Notes: generated by a model not told the origin, from the sequence alone. Numbered from the stretch's first letter, positions 26,456 to 36,512 are shown. The stretch is 44,645 bases of DNA from PVC group bacterium (GCA_003561965.1 PWXJ01000162.1:1-44645); one strand, 5' to 3'. Translations and numbers: made by a program.

Positions 26456-27475
26456 ATGATAAATCACAAGCTGATGCTGTTCGCGGGCAACTCCAACCCG
26501 GTCCTGGCCGGGAAGATCGCCCGGTACCTGAACGCGTCCCTGAGCGACGCCCTGGTCGGCCGCTTCCCGGAAGGGGAGGTGGCGGTGGAGATCCACGAAC
26601 ACGTCCGGGGGGCGGATGTCTTTTTGATCCAGGGGACCTCGCCGCCGCCCAACGACAACCTGATGGAGCTGCTGATTATGACCGACGCCCTGAGCCGGGC
26701 TTCGGCTTCCCGGATCACCGCGGTGGTTCCCTTCTTCGGCTACGGCCGCCAGGACCGGAAGAACCGCCCCGGGGTCCCGATCACCGCCAAGCTGGTCGCC
26801 AACCTCCTGACCGCCGCCGGGGCCGACCGGATGCTGACCATCGACCTCCACGCCGCCCAGATCCAGGGCTTCTTCGATATCCCGGTCGACCACCTCTACG
26901 CCGCCCCGGTCCTGGTCAAGCACCTGAAAAAGGTCTTCCCCCCCGCCCGGCGCAAACGGCTGACCATCGTCTCCCCGGACGTCGGCGGGATCAAGGTGGC
27001 CGACCACTTCGCCCGCGACTTCCAGTGCCCCCTGGCGATCGTCGACAAGCGGAGGATGGGAAACTCCCGGGCCGAGGTCCAGAACGTGATCGGGGACGTG
27101 ACCGGCCGGGATATCCTGATCGTCGACGATATGATCTCGACCGGCGGCTCGCTGGCCGCCGCCGGGCAGATCCTGAAGTCGCGGGGGGCCCGGGAGATCT
27201 ACGCCGTGGTCACCCACCCGGTCCTGCCGGAAGGCGCGGTCGGAAACGTCGAACGGTCGCCGCTGAAGACCCTCTGGGTCAGCGACACCATCCCCCTCTC
27301 CCCCGAGGCCGCCGGCTCAAGGAAGATCAAGGTGATCTCGGTGGCCGATCTGCTGGGGGAGGCGATCAAGCGGATCCACGCCGATACCCCGGTCAGCATT
27401 CTGTTCGAATATTCGGAAGACCGCCGGCCGCCAGGAAAAGCCGGGGGGAAAACCGCTCGAAAAAAGAAGAACTGA
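26456..27475 (+). CDS. prs: Ribose-phosphate pyrophosphokinase
   Basis: FPEGE, NDNLMELLIM, YGRQDRK, DLHAAQIQGFF, VSPDVGG, VDDMISTGGS. Confidence 0.96.
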   Translation: MINHKLMLFAGNSNPVLAGKIARYLNASLSDALVGRFPEGEVAVEIHEHVRGADVFLIQGTSPPPNDNLMELLIMTDALSRASASRITAVVPFFGYGRQDRKNRPGVPITAKLVANLLTAAGADRMLTIDLHAAQIQGFFDIPVDHLYAAPVLVKHLKKVFPPARRKRLTIVSPDVGGIKVADHFARDFQCPLAIVDKRRMGNSRAEVQNVIGDVTGRDILIVDDMISTGGSLAAAGQILKSRGAREIYAVVTHPVLPEGAVGNVERSPLKTLWVSDTIPLSPEAAGSRKIKVISVADLLGEAIKRIHADTPVSILFEYSEDRRPPGKAGGKTARKKKN

Positions 27476-27527
27476 TTTTCGGCACCCGGCCTCCGGGCCG
27501 GAAAAATATATCCAAGGAGACTCAGCT

Positions 27528-28232
27528 ATGGCCCAGCTCACCATACCCGCCCAACAACGCTCCGGGATCGGGGGTAACCACCCCCGGCGGCTCCGGAAAG
27601 GGGGAATGATCCCGGCCGTCCTTTACGGCGGCGGCGAAGCGGCGATCTCCCTGGCCCTGGACCAGGCCCGGATTAAGAAGGAATCCGGGATACTCCACGA
27701 AAACCAGGTCGTCTCCCTGGAGATCGAGGGCGGCGGGGACAACCGGCCCCGCTCGGCGATCGTCAAGGATATCCAGGTCGATCATATCTCCGGGGCTTTC
27801 CTCCATATCGATTTCCAGCAGATCTCCCTGACCGAAAAACTGGATACCACCGTCGAAGTCGAGGCGGTCGGGGACCCGGTCGGGGTCACCCGGGACGGGG
27901 GCATCCTGGAACACACCCTCCGGGAAATCGAGATCCGCTGTCTGCCGGCCGACATCCCCGAGGTGATCGAGGTCGATGTCTCGGCGCTGGAGATCGGAGA
28001 CTCCGTCCACGTCGGGGACATCCGGCTCGAGGAAGGGATCGAGGTCCTGACCGAACCCGAACTCAGCGTCTTCACCATCGCCGCCCCGATCAGCGAGGAA
28101 GAGGCCGAGGCACTGGAAGCCGCCGCCGCCGAGGTTCCCGGGGAGCCGGAGGTCACCGAAGAGGCTGAAGAAGCGGCCGGGGAAGAAACAGAAACAGAAA
28201 AAGAAAAAGAAGAAGAGGAAAGGGTTGAGTAA
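27528..28232 (+). CDS. rplY: 50S ribosomal protein bL25 (Ctc form)
   Basis: RRLRKGGMIPAVLYG, HIDFQ, GVTRDGGIL, IEVDVSALEIGDSVHV; acidic tail. Confidence 0.95.
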   Translation: MAQLTIPAQQRSGIGGNHPRRLRKGGMIPAVLYGGGEAAISLALDQARIKKESGILHENQVVSLEIEGGGDNRPRSAIVKDIQVDHISGAFLHIDFQQISLTEKLDTTVEVEAVGDPVGVTRDGGILEHTLREIEIRCLPADIPEVIEVDVSALEIGDSVHVGDIRLEEGIEVLTEPELSVFTIAAPISEEEAEALEAAAAEVPGEPEVTEEAEEAAGEETETEKEKEEEERVE

Positions 28233-28301
28233 ACCCGGCGCGGGCCCGGCCCGGATCAGGACCCCGGGCCCCCTGGCCGGCGGCCGGAAGGAGAAAGAGA
28301 T

Positions 28302-28883
28302 TTGCGGGTCGTAGTCGGACTGGGCAACCCGGGCCTCCGGTACCGGGGAACCCGCCACAACCTGGGGTTTCGGGTCCTCGACCGACTGGCAGAGGAGGCG
28401 GGGACCGGCTGGAAGAAAAAACGGCTATTTCCAGCCTGGATCGGCCGCCGGGGAAACCTGATCCTGGTCAAGCCCGCCACCTACGTGAACCTGAGCGGGG
28501 GGGCGGTCCGGGCGGTGCTCGATTATTTCCGCCTCTCCGCGGGGGAACTTCTGGTGGTGGTGGATGACGTCAATCTGCCGGCGGGGACGATCCGGATCCG
28601 GGCCGGGGGCGGGGCCGGGGGACACCACGGGCTGGAGTCGATCATCCGGGCGCTGTCCACCAGGGATTTCGCCCGGCTCCGGATCGGGGTCGGCGGGGGA
28701 AAGCTGTCCGACCTGACGGGCCACGTACTTTCCCGGCCGGGAAAAAAGGACAACGCCCTCTTCCGGCGGGCCGTGACCGAGGCCGGTGCCGCGGTCGAGG
28801 TCATTGCAACCGAAGGGGTGGAGGCGGCGATGAATAGATTCAACAAAAAACAATCCGACACCAACGAGGAGGTCGCAGATTGA
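28302..28883 (+). CDS. pth: Peptidyl-tRNA hydrolase
   Basis: VGLGNPG..Y..TRHNLGF, KPATYVNLSG, GGAGGHHGL, RLRIGVG; TTG start. Confidence 0.95.
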   Translation: MRVVVGLGNPGLRYRGTRHNLGFRVLDRLAEEAGTGWKKKRLFPAWIGRRGNLILVKPATYVNLSGGAVRAVLDYFRLSAGELLVVVDDVNLPAGTIRIRAGGGAGGHHGLESIIRALSTRDFARLRIGVGGGKLSDLTGHVLSRPGKKDNALFRRAVTEAGAAVEVIATEGVEAAMNRFNKKQSDTNEEVAD

Positions 28884-29305
28884 ACCGGTACGAGATGGTC
28901 AATATCATTGACGTTAACTGGGGGGAGGGCGAGACCGCCCCGGCCCAGAAAATGATCTCGGAGGAGATCGCCAGAGCCGGGGGGACCGTGGAAGATATCG
29001 GTTCGATGGGCCGGAGGCGCCTCGCCTACCCGATCGACCGCAAGAAGGACGGGATCTACATAGTCTCTCATTTCCTCCACTCCCCGGAGGGAGTGGTTCC
29101 GCTCCGGGACAGCCTGAAACTGAACCCGGCCGTGATCCGGACCCTCCTGGTCCGCTACCGGGGACAGCCGGGGGCCATACCCCGGGAGGAAGTTCCGAAA
29201 AAAGAGGAGCCGGCGGCGGAGGAGGAGACCGGTCCGGAGAAAGCCGGACCGGCCGAGGATAACACGGAGAAAGAATCCCAGGCCGCCCGGACCCCGGAGA
29301 AATAA
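28880..29305 (+). CDS. rpsF: 30S ribosomal protein bS6
   Basis: RYEMVNI, GRRRLAYPI..K..GIY; GAGGAGG RBS and TTG start. Confidence 0.92.
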   Translation: MNRYEMVNIIDVNWGEGETAPAQKMISEEIARAGGTVEDIGSMGRRRLAYPIDRKKDGIYIVSHFLHSPEGVVPLRDSLKLNPAVIRTLLVRYRGQPGAIPREEVPKKEEPAAEEETGPEKAGPAEDNTEKESQAARTPEK

Positions 29306-29387
29306 CCCCGGCGGACCGGAAGGCAACCATAACCCGCGCGGCTGACCCGCCCGGAGACGGCGGGGGCAGACGGCAAGGAGGTGTGAT

Positions 29388-29849
29388 ATGGTCAGTGTGA
29401 ACAGCGTTATTTTAGGGGGAAACCTCACCCGGGACCCCGAGGTCCGCTACACCCCGCAGGGAACCGCGGTAGCCAAGCTCGGCCTGGCGGTCAACCAGGT
29501 TTACCGGACCCGGGACGGCGAGAAGAAAGAGGACGTCTGCTTTGTCGATGTCGAGGTCTGGGCCCGGCAGGCGGAGACCTGCGGCGAATACCTGAAGAAG
29601 GGACGGGCGGTCCTGGTCGAGGGAACCCTGAAGCTCGACACCTGGTCGGACAAGGAGACCGGGCAGAAGCGGTCCCGGCACAAGGTCCGGGCCCGGAGGG
29701 TCCATTTCCTCGGCGGACCGGGCGGGGAGAGCCGCCGGGATTCGAGTGACGCCGCTCCCTCCCCGGCCCCTTACGAAGTCAACTTTCCCCCGGAACCCTC
29801 TTCCTTCAGCCCGGATTCGGACGGGGAAGACGAACTGCCACCATTTTAA
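29388..29849 (+). CDS. ssb: Single-stranded DNA-binding protein
   Basis: NSVILGGNLTRDPEVRYTP, YLKKGRAVLVEG, acidic tail DEL-PPF. Confidence 0.96.
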   Translation: MVSVNSVILGGNLTRDPEVRYTPQGTAVAKLGLAVNQVYRTRDGEKKEDVCFVDVEVWARQAETCGEYLKKGRAVLVEGTLKLDTWSDKETGQKRSRHKVRARRVHFLGGPGGESRRDSSDAAPSPAPYEVNFPPEPSSFSPDSDGEDELPPF

Positions 29850-29864
29850 ACCAAGGAGACACCG

Positions 29865-30125
29865 ATGCCGACCGCCAGAAGAAAATCCGGGTCCCGGAGG
29901 TCCCGGAAAAAGTCTTTTCACCCCAGGAAGCCCTGCCGCTTCTGTCAGAAAGATACCCCGCGGATTGACTACAAGGACGTGGATACCCTCCGCCAGTTTG
30001 TCACCGACCGGGGCAAGATGCTCTCCCGGCGGATAACCGGGGTCTGCGCCCGCCACCAGCGCGGGTTGAGCCGGGAGATCAAGAAAGCCCGTTACATCGC
30101 CCTCCTCCCCTTCCTGGAGGATTGA
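29865..30125 (+). CDS. rpsR: 30S ribosomal protein bS18 (Zn-binding form)
   Basis: [39 protein letters not shown]. Confidence 0.96.
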   Translation: MPTARRKSGSRRSRKKSFHPRKPCRFCQKDTPRIDYKDVDTLRQFVTDRGKMLSRRITGVCARHQRGLSREIKKARYIALLPFLED

Positions 30126-30192
30126 ACAAACCCGTAAACCGGAACCCAGCCCCGCCCGGGAATCAACGAAACCGAAGGGAGTCGATTAATTT

Positions 30193-30636
30193 ATGAAGGT
30201 GATACTGACCAAAGACCACCCCACCCTGGGAGAAGAAGGTACGATCCTCGAAGTCGCCCCCGGCTACGGGCGGAACTTCCTCCTCCCCCGGGGGTTGGCC
30301 TACCCGGCCACCGGGCACCACATCGCCCTGATCGAGCAGGCCCGGGAGAAGAAGAAACGCCGGGAAGAAGAGCGGCTGGTCAAGGCCCGGGAGATGGCGA
30401 CCCGGATGAACGAAGCCTCCTGCACGATTACCGTCGCCGCCGGGGAAGGCGACACCCTGTACGGGTCGGTGACCGCGGCGATGATCGCCGAGGCCCTGGC
30501 CGGGGAGGGGTTCGCGGTGGATAAAGACCAGGTCGAGCTGGAAGCCCCGATCAAGAAACTGGGGATCTACACCGTCCCGGTCTCCCCGGGACCGGAGATC
30601 ACCGCCCAGGTCAAGGTCTGGGTGGTTAAGGAATAG
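30193..30636 (+). CDS. rplI: 50S ribosomal protein bL9
   Basis: MKVILT..LG..G..VAPGYGRNFLLPRGLA, LYGSVT, PIKKLG. Confidence 0.96.
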   Translation: MKVILTKDHPTLGEEGTILEVAPGYGRNFLLPRGLAYPATGHHIALIEQAREKKKRREEERLVKAREMATRMNEASCTITVAAGEGDTLYGSVTAAMIAEALAGEGFAVDKDQVELEAPIKKLGIYTVPVSPGPEITAQVKVWVVKE

Positions 30637-30675
30637 GAAGTAGGCAGTAGGCAGTGGGGAGTGGGCAGTGGGGAG
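30634..30675. repeat. Heptamer tandem repeat T(A/G)GG(C/G/A)AG x6
   Basis: TAGGAAG TAGGCAG TAGGCAG TGGGGAG TGGGCAG TGGGGAG, starting at the rplI stop codon. Confidence 0.88.
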
Positions 30676-30735
30676 CGATGATTACGAGGGCGGGGGACTG
30701 ATCAGGATAATCCGTGTAATCAGGTGACCTTAATA

Positions 30736-32091
30736 ATGGAAACCCAGCCAAATACCGTCCGGGCCCAGCCCCGCAACCTGGACGCCGAGATGTCGGTCCT
30801 GGGGGCGATGCTCCTCGACCAGGCGGCGATCCCCCGGGTGATGGAGGTAATCTCCGCCGAGGCCTTTTACCGGAACTCCCACCGGAAAATTTACGACGCC
30901 GTCCTCTCCCTCTACGACGCCGGGACCCCGGCCGACGCCATCACCCTGGTCGATGAGCTGAAGAAAAGGGGGGAACTGGAGGCGGCGGGGGGGAGCGAGT
31001 ACGTCGCCTCCCTGATGGAGTATATCCCCACCGCCGCCCACCTCGACGCCCACCTGAAGATCGTCGCCGAGAAAGCCCTGCTCCGGGAACTGATCGCCAC
31101 TTCGACCGATGTCGTCAACCGCTGTTACGGCGAGGAGTGCGAGACCGCGGTGGTCCTCGACGAGGTGGAGAAGAAGTTCTTCCAGCTGACCCAGCGGGGG
31201 ATGCGGCAGCAGATCGTCCCGATGCGGATGCTGGTCAAGGAGATTATGGAGGATATCGACTCCCGGGAGGGGAGCCAGTCGCTGGTCACCGGACTGGCCA
31301 CCGGGCTGCGGGATCTCGACAACCTGACCTGCGGGCTCCAGCCCTCGGAGCTGGCCGTCCTGGCCGGAAGACCCTCGATGGGAAAGACGGCCTGCGCGCT
31401 CTCGATCGCCGAGCACGCCGCCCTGGTCGAGAAGCAGGCGGTGGGAATCTTCAGCCTGGAGATGAGCTCCGACGCCCTGGTCCGGCGGCTGCTCTGCTCC
31501 CACGCCCGGGTCGACGCCCAGGCGATGCGGCGGGGGTTCCTCTCCGGGAAGGATATGCTGAAGCTGGCCCACGCCGCCGGCCGGCTCTCCGACGCCGAGA
31601 TCTACATCGACGACCTCCCGGGGGCGACCAACCTCGAGCTGAGGGCCCGGGCGAGAAATATGAAGGCCAGGTTCGATATCAAGCTGCTGATCATCGACTA
31701 CCTCCAGCTCCTCCAGGCCACCACCGGCCGGACCGAGAGCCGCCAGCAGGAGGTCTCGGATATCTCTCGTTCAATGAAGTCCCTGGCCCGGGAGCTGGAG
31801 ATCCCGGTCCTGGTCCTCTCCCAGCTCAACCGGGGCCCGGAAGACCGGCCCGACCGGCGGCCCCGGCTGGCCGACCTGAGGGAATCGGGGGCAATCGAAC
31901 AGGACGCCGACCTGGTCATCCTGATTATGCGGCCGGGAGCTTACCCGGACCTGACCGAAGACGACCCCAACCTGGAAAACCTGGTCTACGTCAACGTGGC
32001 CAAGCAGAGGAACGGGCCCACCGGGGAGATCAAGCTGACCTTTATCAAGAAGTACACCCGGTTCGAGGATTATGCCGAAGCTGAAGAGTAA
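30736..32091 (+). CDS. dnaB: Replicative DNA helicase
   Basis: AEMSVLGAML, AGRPSMGKT, FSLEMS, IIDYLQL, LSQLNR, DLRESGAIEQDAD, AKQRNGPTG. Confidence 0.96.
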   Translation: METQPNTVRAQPRNLDAEMSVLGAMLLDQAAIPRVMEVISAEAFYRNSHRKIYDAVLSLYDAGTPADAITLVDELKKRGELEAAGGSEYVASLMEYIPTAAHLDAHLKIVAEKALLRELIATSTDVVNRCYGEECETAVVLDEVEKKFFQLTQRGMRQQIVPMRMLVKEIMEDIDSREGSQSLVTGLATGLRDLDNLTCGLQPSELAVLAGRPSMGKTACALSIAEHAALVEKQAVGIFSLEMSSDALVRRLLCSHARVDAQAMRRGFLSGKDMLKLAHAAGRLSDAEIYIDDLPGATNLELRARARNMKARFDIKLLIIDYLQLLQATTGRTESRQQEVSDISRSMKSLARELEIPVLVLSQLNRGPEDRPDRRPRLADLRESGAIEQDADLVILIMRPGAYPDLTEDDPNLENLVYVNVAKQRNGPTGEIKLTFIKKYTRFEDYAEAEE

Positions 32092-34441
32092 ATCGCCCGG
32101 GCGGAAGATCTTCCCGCGGTTTTTCCTTCCCCTGCTCCTGCTGGGCGCCGCCCTGGCCGGGCCCCAGGAAGTATCGGCCCGGGAAAAAACCGTCTCCTCG
32201 GTCCGGGTCGAGGGGCTCCGCCGGCTAAGTCAATCCGCCGTCATCTCCCGGATCCGGATCCGGGAGGGTGAGCCCTACCGCCGGGAGGAGATCAACGCCG
32301 ACCTCCAGCGCCTCCACGAGTGGGGACCCTTCTCCTCGATCCGGATCGACGCCGAAGAGGACGAAGCGGGACTGGTGGAAGTGGTGATCACCGTGGAGGA
32401 GAAACCCCGGGTGAGGCGGATCTTCTTCGAGGGCAACCGGCATTTCCGGGACAAGAAGCTCTCGGAGGAGATCGCCACCGCGACGGGCGACCTCCTCTCC
32501 AAAACCCGGCTCCACCAGGATATTCGGGCGCTGGAAGAACTCTACGAAAAAGCCCGCTACTACCAGACCGAGATCGATTACCGGATCAGGACCGACCCCG
32601 AAGCCGGCGAAGCGGACGTCTTCATCAATATCCGGGAAGGCCACCAGGTCCGGGTCCGGCAAGTCGATATCCGGGGCCTGGACGAACTGACGGCGAAAGA
32701 ACTGCGAAAGGTGATGCGGACCCGTCCCCGCTCCCCCTTCGCGATCATCCGCCGGGGGCGGTTTGAGGAGGACGAGTTCGGTCTCGACCTCGAGCGGATC
32801 GCCCTCTACGCCCGCTCCCGGGGCTACCTGGACTTCCAGGTCCTGGAGAGCGATCTGGAAGTTACCGAGGACGGCGCCGGGCTGCTGATCGAGATTCGGG
32901 TCGCCGAGGGGGAGAGGTATTACGTCGGGGTGGCCCGGGTAGCCGGCAACGATAACTTCCCCGCCGCCGAACTCGAGAGGCTGCTCCGGTTGCGGGCCTC
33001 AGACGCCTTCTCGCCGGAGGCGATGAGAACGGACGCCGCCACCCTGCGGGATTTCTATTTCCAGCGGGGCTACATCGACGCCTTGATCGACCCCCGGCAG
33101 GTCCTGAACCCGGAGACCGGGAAGATCGAGATCACCTACCGGATCCGGGAGAACCGGATTTCCTATATCAACCGGGTTGAGATCTCCGGCAACCTGATTA
33201 CCCGGGACCGGGTGATCCGGCGGGAACTCCGGGTCAAGCCGGGGGAGATCTTCGACGGGATCAAGGTCCGCCGGGCCCGGAGCCGCCTGCAAAACCTCGG
33301 GTTCTTCCAGCAGGTCAGCATCGACCCGGTCCCCACCGCCGTCCCGGAAAAGAAGGACCTGGCGGTCCGGGTCGAGGAGAAGAAGACCGGAGAGTTTATG
33401 TTCGGGATCGGCTACAGCTCCGAGGACGATTTCATCGGTTTCGTCGAGATCGCCCAGGGCAACTTCGACCTCTTCAACCCTCCCTTCTTTATGGGCGCCG
33501 GGCAGAAGATGAGGGTCCGGGCCGAACTGGGAACCAGGAGGTCCAACTACGAACTGAGTTTCACCGAGCCCTGGCTCTTCGGCATCCCCCTCTCCTTCGG
33601 GGTCGACCTCTACCGGAGAAACCGCTTCTGGTCCGACTACAGCGAGAAGCGGACCGGCGGGGCCCTCCGGCTGCGGAAGATGATCACCGACTTCACCCAG
33701 CTCGGACTGACCTACCGGTTGGAAGATATCGACATCTACGACATCAGCAGTTTCGCCGACCAGTCGATCCAGGACGAGAAGGGGAGCAACTGGGTGAGCA
33801 GCATCACCCCCTCGATCACCCGGGACACCCGGGACAGCTTTCTGATCCCCACCCGGGGGGCTCGGGCCACCCTGTCCTGCCAGGTGGCGGGCGGGATCCT
33901 GGGGGGCGACCGGGATTTCATCAAGGCCACTTTCGACGGCAGCTACTTCATCTCGATCTTTCCCCAACACGTCCTCGGCTTCCGGTTCCGGGCCGGGACC
34001 GTCCACGCCTACGGCGACACCGATGTCGTCCCGGTCTACGAGCGTTTCTTCCTCGGCGGCGGCAGCACCATCCGGGGCTTCCGCTTCCGGGAGGTTGGAC
34101 CCGAAGGGATCGACCCCGAGACCGGTGAACCCAACCGGGAACCGGTGGGGGGAGATTCGATGATGATGGCCACGGCCGAGTACACCTTCCCGATAATCAA
34201 TATGCTCCGGGGGGCGTTATTTTACGACGTCGGCAACGTCTGGGCGGACGGGGACTGGGAGAACGACGAGCCGATCTTCACCGACGGCTGGTTCAAGAGC
34301 CTGAATTCCGGGGCCGGGATCGGGATCCGGTTCTACTCGCCGATCGGCCCGATCCAGCTCGACTACGCCTGGCCCCTGGTTTACGAGGACTGGAACAAGA
34401 CCTCGGGGCGGTTCCACTTCAACCTCGGCTACGCGTTCTGA
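32072..34441 (+). CDS. bamA: Outer membrane protein assembly factor BamA
   Basis: Signal peptide, POTRA repeats, TRDRVIRRE, FTEPW, FFLGGGSTIRGF, SPIGPIQLDYA, terminal F. Confidence 0.94.
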   Translation: MPKLKSKSPGRKIFPRFFLPLLLLGAALAGPQEVSAREKTVSSVRVEGLRRLSQSAVISRIRIREGEPYRREEINADLQRLHEWGPFSSIRIDAEEDEAGLVEVVITVEEKPRVRRIFFEGNRHFRDKKLSEEIATATGDLLSKTRLHQDIRALEELYEKARYYQTEIDYRIRTDPEAGEADVFINIREGHQVRVRQVDIRGLDELTAKELRKVMRTRPRSPFAIIRRGRFEEDEFGLDLERIALYARSRGYLDFQVLESDLEVTEDGAGLLIEIRVAEGERYYVGVARVAGNDNFPAAELERLLRLRASDAFSPEAMRTDAATLRDFYFQRGYIDALIDPRQVLNPETGKIEITYRIRENRISYINRVEISGNLITRDRVIRRELRVKPGEIFDGIKVRRARSRLQNLGFFQQVSIDPVPTAVPEKKDLAVRVEEKKTGEFMFGIGYSSEDDFIGFVEIAQGNFDLFNPPFFMGAGQKMRVRAELGTRRSNYELSFTEPWLFGIPLSFGVDLYRRNRFWSDYSEKRTGGALRLRKMITDFTQLGLTYRLEDIDIYDISSFADQSIQDEKGSNWVSSITPSITRDTRDSFLIPTRGARATLSCQVAGGILGGDRDFIKATFDGSYFISIFPQHVLGFRFRAGTVHAYGDTDVVPVYERFFLGGGSTIRGFRFREVGPEGIDPETGEPNREPVGGDSMMMATAEYTFPIINMLRGALFYDVGNVWADGDWENDEPIFTDGWFKSLNSGAGIGIRFYSPIGPIQLDYAWPLVYEDWNKTSGRFHFNLGYAF

Positions 34442-34463
34442 CCCCCGGCGACCCCAAACAATA

Positions 34464-34552
34464 TTCACCGCAAAGCCGCAAAGAACGCAAAGATCCGCGA
34501 AGTTTAAATTAACTCAACTCCCTCCTGGCGTTCTTCGCGCCCTGGCGGTGAA
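34464..34552. repeat. Imperfect inverted repeat built from 9-bp CGCAAAG(A/C)(A/C) units
   Basis: Left arm TTCACCGCAAAGCCGCAAAGAACGCAAAG; right arm CCTGGCGTTCTTCGCGCCCTGGCGGTGAA; between bamA and skp. Confidence 0.8.
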
Positions 34553-34627
34553 ATTTTCCCAGGGGGGTGGACAGGCCAGGGGACCAGGAGAGGATAGGAA
34601 ACCGGGAAGTACCGGAGGAAAACCAGG

Positions 34628-35152
34628 ATGAAAAAGTTCACTATACTTACAGTTACGCTGTTCCTTCTCGGGGCGCCGGGGATTCCGGCGGCGGCCGAGG
34701 AGGAAGCGGCCGCCGCGGGAGGGATCGCCTGGATCGATCTCCCCCGGGTGATGCGGGAGTACCACCGGGCCAAAGACCTGGTGGAGGAATTCGAGAAGGA
34801 GAAGGCGGCCCGGGAGGCCCAGATCCAGGAACTGATCGACGAGATCGAACGGCTGGAAGGCGAGATGCTCCTGCTCAGCGACCGGGCCCGGGGGGCCCGG
34901 GCGGAAGAGGTTATGAAGAAAAAGATCGCCGTCAACCGGATGATCGAGGCGGCGGAACGGGAACTTTCGATGCAGTCGATGCTCCGCCAGGAGGACCTGC
35001 TGGAGGAGATATCCGCGGCGGCGGAAACAGTCGCCCGCCGGGAAGGTTACGCCTACGTCCTCCGGCGGGAGGTGCTGCTTTACCAGGATCCGGAGCGGGA
35101 GATCACGGACGCGGTCATCGAAGAACTGAACCGGAAAGCGGAAAACCGATAA
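34628..35152 (+). CDS. skp: OmpH/Skp periplasmic chaperone
   Basis: Signal peptide, IAWIDLPRV, coiled coil, VARREGYAYVL, EITDAVIEELN; follows bamA. Confidence 0.88.
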   Translation: MKKFTILTVTLFLLGAPGIPAAAEEEAAAAGGIAWIDLPRVMREYHRAKDLVEEFEKEKAAREAQIQELIDEIERLEGEMLLLSDRARGARAEEVMKKKIAVNRMIEAAERELSMQSMLRQEDLLEEISAAAETVARREGYAYVLRREVLLYQDPEREITDAVIEELNRKAENR

Positions 35153-35200
35153 CCGGAAATAATTCCGGGTCCGGATCTCCGGGAGGAACCCGAGTCGGAT

Positions 35201-36058
35201 ATGAGCCCGGCCAGCCAGAATACCATCGCCCGGCCCGTCCGGTTCCGGGGGCCGGGGGTCCATACCGGGATCGCCGCCGGGCTGAAGATCGCCCCGGCGG
35301 AGGCCGAACGGGGGATTGTCTTCGTCCGGGCCGACCTCCCGGACCGGCCGGAGATCCCGGCCGTGGTCGACCGGGTCTCCGGGACCTCCCGGGGGACCTC
35401 CCTCGGGCCCGAGGGAGCGGGGGTGAAGACGGTCGAACACCTGCTGGCGGCGCTTTCCGGGCTGGAGATCGACAACGCGGTGATCGGGATGGACGGCCCC
35501 GAACTGCCGATGGGGGACGGAAGCGCCCGGCCGTTTGTCGAACTGATCCGGGAGGCCGGGATCCGCCGGCTGGCGTCCCCCCGGCGGTTTCGGAGACTGG
35601 GACGGCCGGTCGCTCTCGAGACCCCGGATGGGCTCATCGCCGCCCTCCCGGCCGGGAGGCTCCGGATCGCCTGCGCCGTCGCCTTCGGCGATCCGCTGCT
35701 CGACGCCCAGTACCGGGACCTGACCCTGGACCCGGAAGTCTTCGCCCGGGAACTGGCCCCGGCCCGGACCTTCGGGTTCTACCGGGAGGCCCTGCCCCTC
35801 TTCCGGCAGGGGCTGATCAAGGGGACCAGCCTCGACAACACGGTGGTTATCGGCCCCGGGGCGGTCTACAGCCGGGGGGGGCTGCGCTTCCCCGATGAAT
35901 GCGTCCGGCACAAGATGCTCGATCTTCTCGGGGACCTGGCCCTGCTCGGGAGTCCCCTGCGGGCGACGGTCGTGGCTATCAAACCGGGGCACCGATTGAA
36001 TATCGATTTTGTCAGGAAACTCAAGGAGGCGCTCGATGGCTCAGAACAATCGAACTGA
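35201..36058 (+). CDS. lpxC: UDP-3-O-acyl-N-acetylglucosamine deacetylase
   Basis: QNTI, GVHTG, TVEHLLAAL, DGSA, APARTFGF, RHKMLDLLGDL, GH. Confidence 0.95.
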   Translation: MSPASQNTIARPVRFRGPGVHTGIAAGLKIAPAEAERGIVFVRADLPDRPEIPAVVDRVSGTSRGTSLGPEGAGVKTVEHLLAALSGLEIDNAVIGMDGPELPMGDGSARPFVELIREAGIRRLASPRRFRRLGRPVALETPDGLIAALPAGRLRIACAVAFGDPLLDAQYRDLTLDPEVFARELAPARTFGFYREALPLFRQGLIKGTSLDNTVVIGPGAVYSRGGLRFPDECVRHKMLDLLGDLALLGSPLRATVVAIKPGHRLNIDFVRKLKEALDGSEQSN

Positions 36059-36512
36059 AGCGGAGAAACCGGTCTACGATATCCAGAAACTGCTGGAGAC
36101 GCTGCCCCACCGTTATCCCTTCCTCCTGGTCGACCGGGTCACCGAACTGGTCCCCGGGGAGAGGATCGCCGGTTACAAGAACCTGAGCTTTAACGAACCT
36201 TTCTTCCAGGGGCACTTCCCGGGGTCCCCGATTATGCCCGGGGTCCTCCAGCTCGAGGCCCTGGCCCAGCTCTCGGGGATCCTGCTGCTGCAGAAACCGG
36301 AAGACCGGGGCAGCCTGGCCTTCTTTATGGCCATCGACGGGGCCCGGTTCCGCAAGCCGGTCTTCCCCGGCGACCGGCTCGACCTGGTGGGCAGCGTCCT
36401 GAAGATGAAGACCCGACTGCTCAAGGTCCGGGGCGAGGCCTTCGTCGACGGGGCCCTGGTCACGGAGGCCGAGCTGATGTTCCAGGTCCTCCCCCGCTCG
36501 GAGATGATCTGA
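36036..36512 (+). CDS. fabZ: 3-hydroxyacyl-ACP dehydratase
   Basis: AAGGAGG RBS, ATG 36036; LPHRYPFLLVDR, FFQGHFP..PIMPGVLQLEALAQ, FRKPVFPGD. Confidence 0.95.
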   Translation: MAQNNRTEAEKPVYDIQKLLETLPHRYPFLLVDRVTELVPGERIAGYKNLSFNEPFFQGHFPGSPIMPGVLQLEALAQLSGILLLQKPEDRGSLAFFMAIDGARFRKPVFPGDRLDLVGSVLKMKTRLLKVRGEAFVDGALVTEAELMFQVLPRSEMI

